This document shows positions 33,588 to 34,483 of a DNA stretch of 34,483 nt, one piece after another (position 1 is the stretch's first letter; each line of letters opens with the position of its first letter). The position numbers and the translations under genes are program-made. Under the pieces are notes generated by a model. It was not told the DNA's origin. It searched no databases and saw only the letters and a program-made list of their open reading frames with translations. The stretch is from Candidatus Andersenbacteria bacterium RIFCSPHIGHO2_02_FULL_45_11 (GTDB lineage Bacteria; Patescibacteriota; Andersenbacteria; UBA10190), in assembly GCA_001817055.1 (NCBI GenBank), contig MHHP01000016.1, positions 1-34,483 on the forward strand. Direction: 5' to 3'.

Positions 33588-34181
33588 TTACCTGTTTTTA
33601 CTTGTAAACAGATTTTCCCACCACTGGGTTGGGCTTGTAGTATATATGGCCTTACAAAGCTGCACTGCGCGCTTAAGCGTTAATTTGTGAATATGTGCGT
33701 TTTTACGATCACCACCCTTGCCTCTTAGCCATTCTGACGCCTCTTTGTTGCCCTGCCATTCATACTCACGAAGCAATAACGCTTGATCTAATAAATCGGC
33801 ATTTTTTGCGATGATAGATTCTTTTGATTTGCGCTCTGTGTACTCATCTACAAATTCTTTGAATTCTGGGAACGGCAATGTTCCCAGTTGCTCCTCGGTC
33901 ACTTCATCTTCAAAAATCTTTACATAGCGCTTATGAATCCAATTATGGTCACCCGTCCGTGCTTCCGCAATATCATGCAAGAGTGCCATCATTACTGTCT
34001 TATACGGATCTGCTTTTTCTTCTTTCGCCAGGATCCACGCAATAAGAGCTACGCGGTATGAGTGGGACGCAATAGTATCGGAATCGTCGTTGGTAAGCAG
34101 CGTCTGACGGTGCATGCGTGGAAGCTTTCGCATGGTGCCGATCTCGAATAGGAAGTTTGCGATACGCTTGTATTTCGTCAT
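33588..34181 (-). CDS. HD-domain phosphohydrolase (YfbR-like 5'-nucleotidase family)
   Basis: HSYRVALIAWILAK ... LLHDIAEARTGD gives the H...HD...D metal-site pattern. Confidence 0.85.
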   Translation of the reverse strand: MTKYKRIANFLFEIGTMRKLPRMHRQTLLTNDDSDTIASHSYRVALIAWILAKEEKADPYKTVMMALLHDIAEARTGDHNWIHKRYVKIFEDEVTEEQLGTLPFPEFKEFVDEYTERKSKESIIAKNADLLDQALLLREYEWQGNKEASEWLRGKGGDRKNAHIHKLTLKRAVQLCKAIYTTSPTQWWENLFTSKNR

Positions 34182-34217
34182 ACAAAAAGCGTACTCCCCC
34201 CTAGCAAAACGTCAATT

Positions 34218-34481
34218 TTACGCTTTCAGCTGTGTTGCAAGCTTGGCTACTTTTTCTACAATGATATTGGCAGTTTTGGCATGCATCTCAGAATTCTGCA
34301 ACTTGCCCTCTGCATCAAACGCCTCCCATACAATAGGGATCAACACCGCCTCGCGAACATCAAACATCTGCAGCTCTGCCGCAATCTGACGCCAATGCTC
34401 AATTGAGCGGGCGCCACCCGCGACTCCACCGTATCCTACAAATCCGATTGGTTTTCCATTCCATTCTTTATAGCCATAATC
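34218..34481 (-). CDS. NAD(P)H-dependent FMN reductase-like protein, C-terminal 87 codons (5' end outside window)
   Basis: Minus-strand frame is open to the window edge: DYGYKEWNGKPIGFVGYGGVAGGARSIEHWRQIAAELQMFDVREAVLIPIVW...KLATQLKA, stop at 34218-34220. Not in the ORF track because it lacks a start codon. Confidence 0.75.
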   Translation of the reverse strand, partial: DYGYKEWNGKPIGFVGYGGVAGGARSIEHWRQIAAELQMFDVREAVLIPIVWEAFDAEGKLQNSEMHAKTANIIVEKVAKLATQLKA

Positions 34482-34483
34482 CA

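Noticed and set aside
34114-34389. 91-aa plus-strand ORF at the right edge
   Set aside because: The opposite strand encodes a clean FMN-reductase-like C-terminus (GYGGVAGGARSIEHWRQI...) open to the window end. The plus-strand ORF also overlaps the HD gene start.
1-34483. rRNA, tRNA, CRISPR arrays, transposases and integrases
   Set aside because: Intergenic regions are short (mostly under 200 nt). None shows tRNA-like cloverleaf arms or tandem spaced repeats, and no ORF has transposase or integrase motifs. This was a by-eye scan only; tRNAscan or Infernal would be decisive.

Overview
Densely coded bacterial window, mostly on the minus strand. It looks like a small-genome uncultivated lineage such as Patescibacteria/CPR, but that is inference only. 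All family calls come from motifs read by eye in the supplied translations; no searches were run.

Layout:
- 1-5.0 kb: housekeeping genes. dnaE 3' part, an anchored hypothetical, and a thrS that encodes only the catalytic and anticodon-binding domains.
- 5.1-6.4 kb: Fic protein plus a small zinc-ribbon ORF.
- 6.6-15.3 kb: envelope block. A 1519-aa Ig-like/FN3 surface protein is co-oriented and tightly coupled with a membrane thioredoxin and a DipZ/CcdA-type thiol-disulfide transporter. A secreted lipase-like hydrolase lies beside it.
- 15.4-30.4 kb: accessory and defence-like region. It holds a KilA-N protein, bcp, a DUF5678-like protein with a retropepsin-like protease, two unassigned genes, and AlkD-like plus DUF167 genes. 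It also holds two paralogous HTH-DUF4065 (Panacea-type) antitoxin / RelE-like toxin pairs and a type I R-M system.
- 30.4-34.5 kb: radC, a Pif1/RecD-like helicase whose ORF stops before motif VI, two coupled membrane proteins, an HD hydrolase and a partial FMN reductase.

No rRNA, tRNA, CRISPR array, transposase or integrase was seen.

Best candidate for an undescribed system: two unknown genes sit between hsdM and hsdS, a Zn-ribbon/helical protein and a 2-TM protein. All three junctions of this four-gene hsdM-to-hsdS operon are ATGA overlaps.

Other recurring signals:
- Near-consensus promoters placed 5-7 nt upstream of start codons, which suggests leaderless mRNAs.
- REP-like palindromic repeats.
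- Operator-like palindromes.
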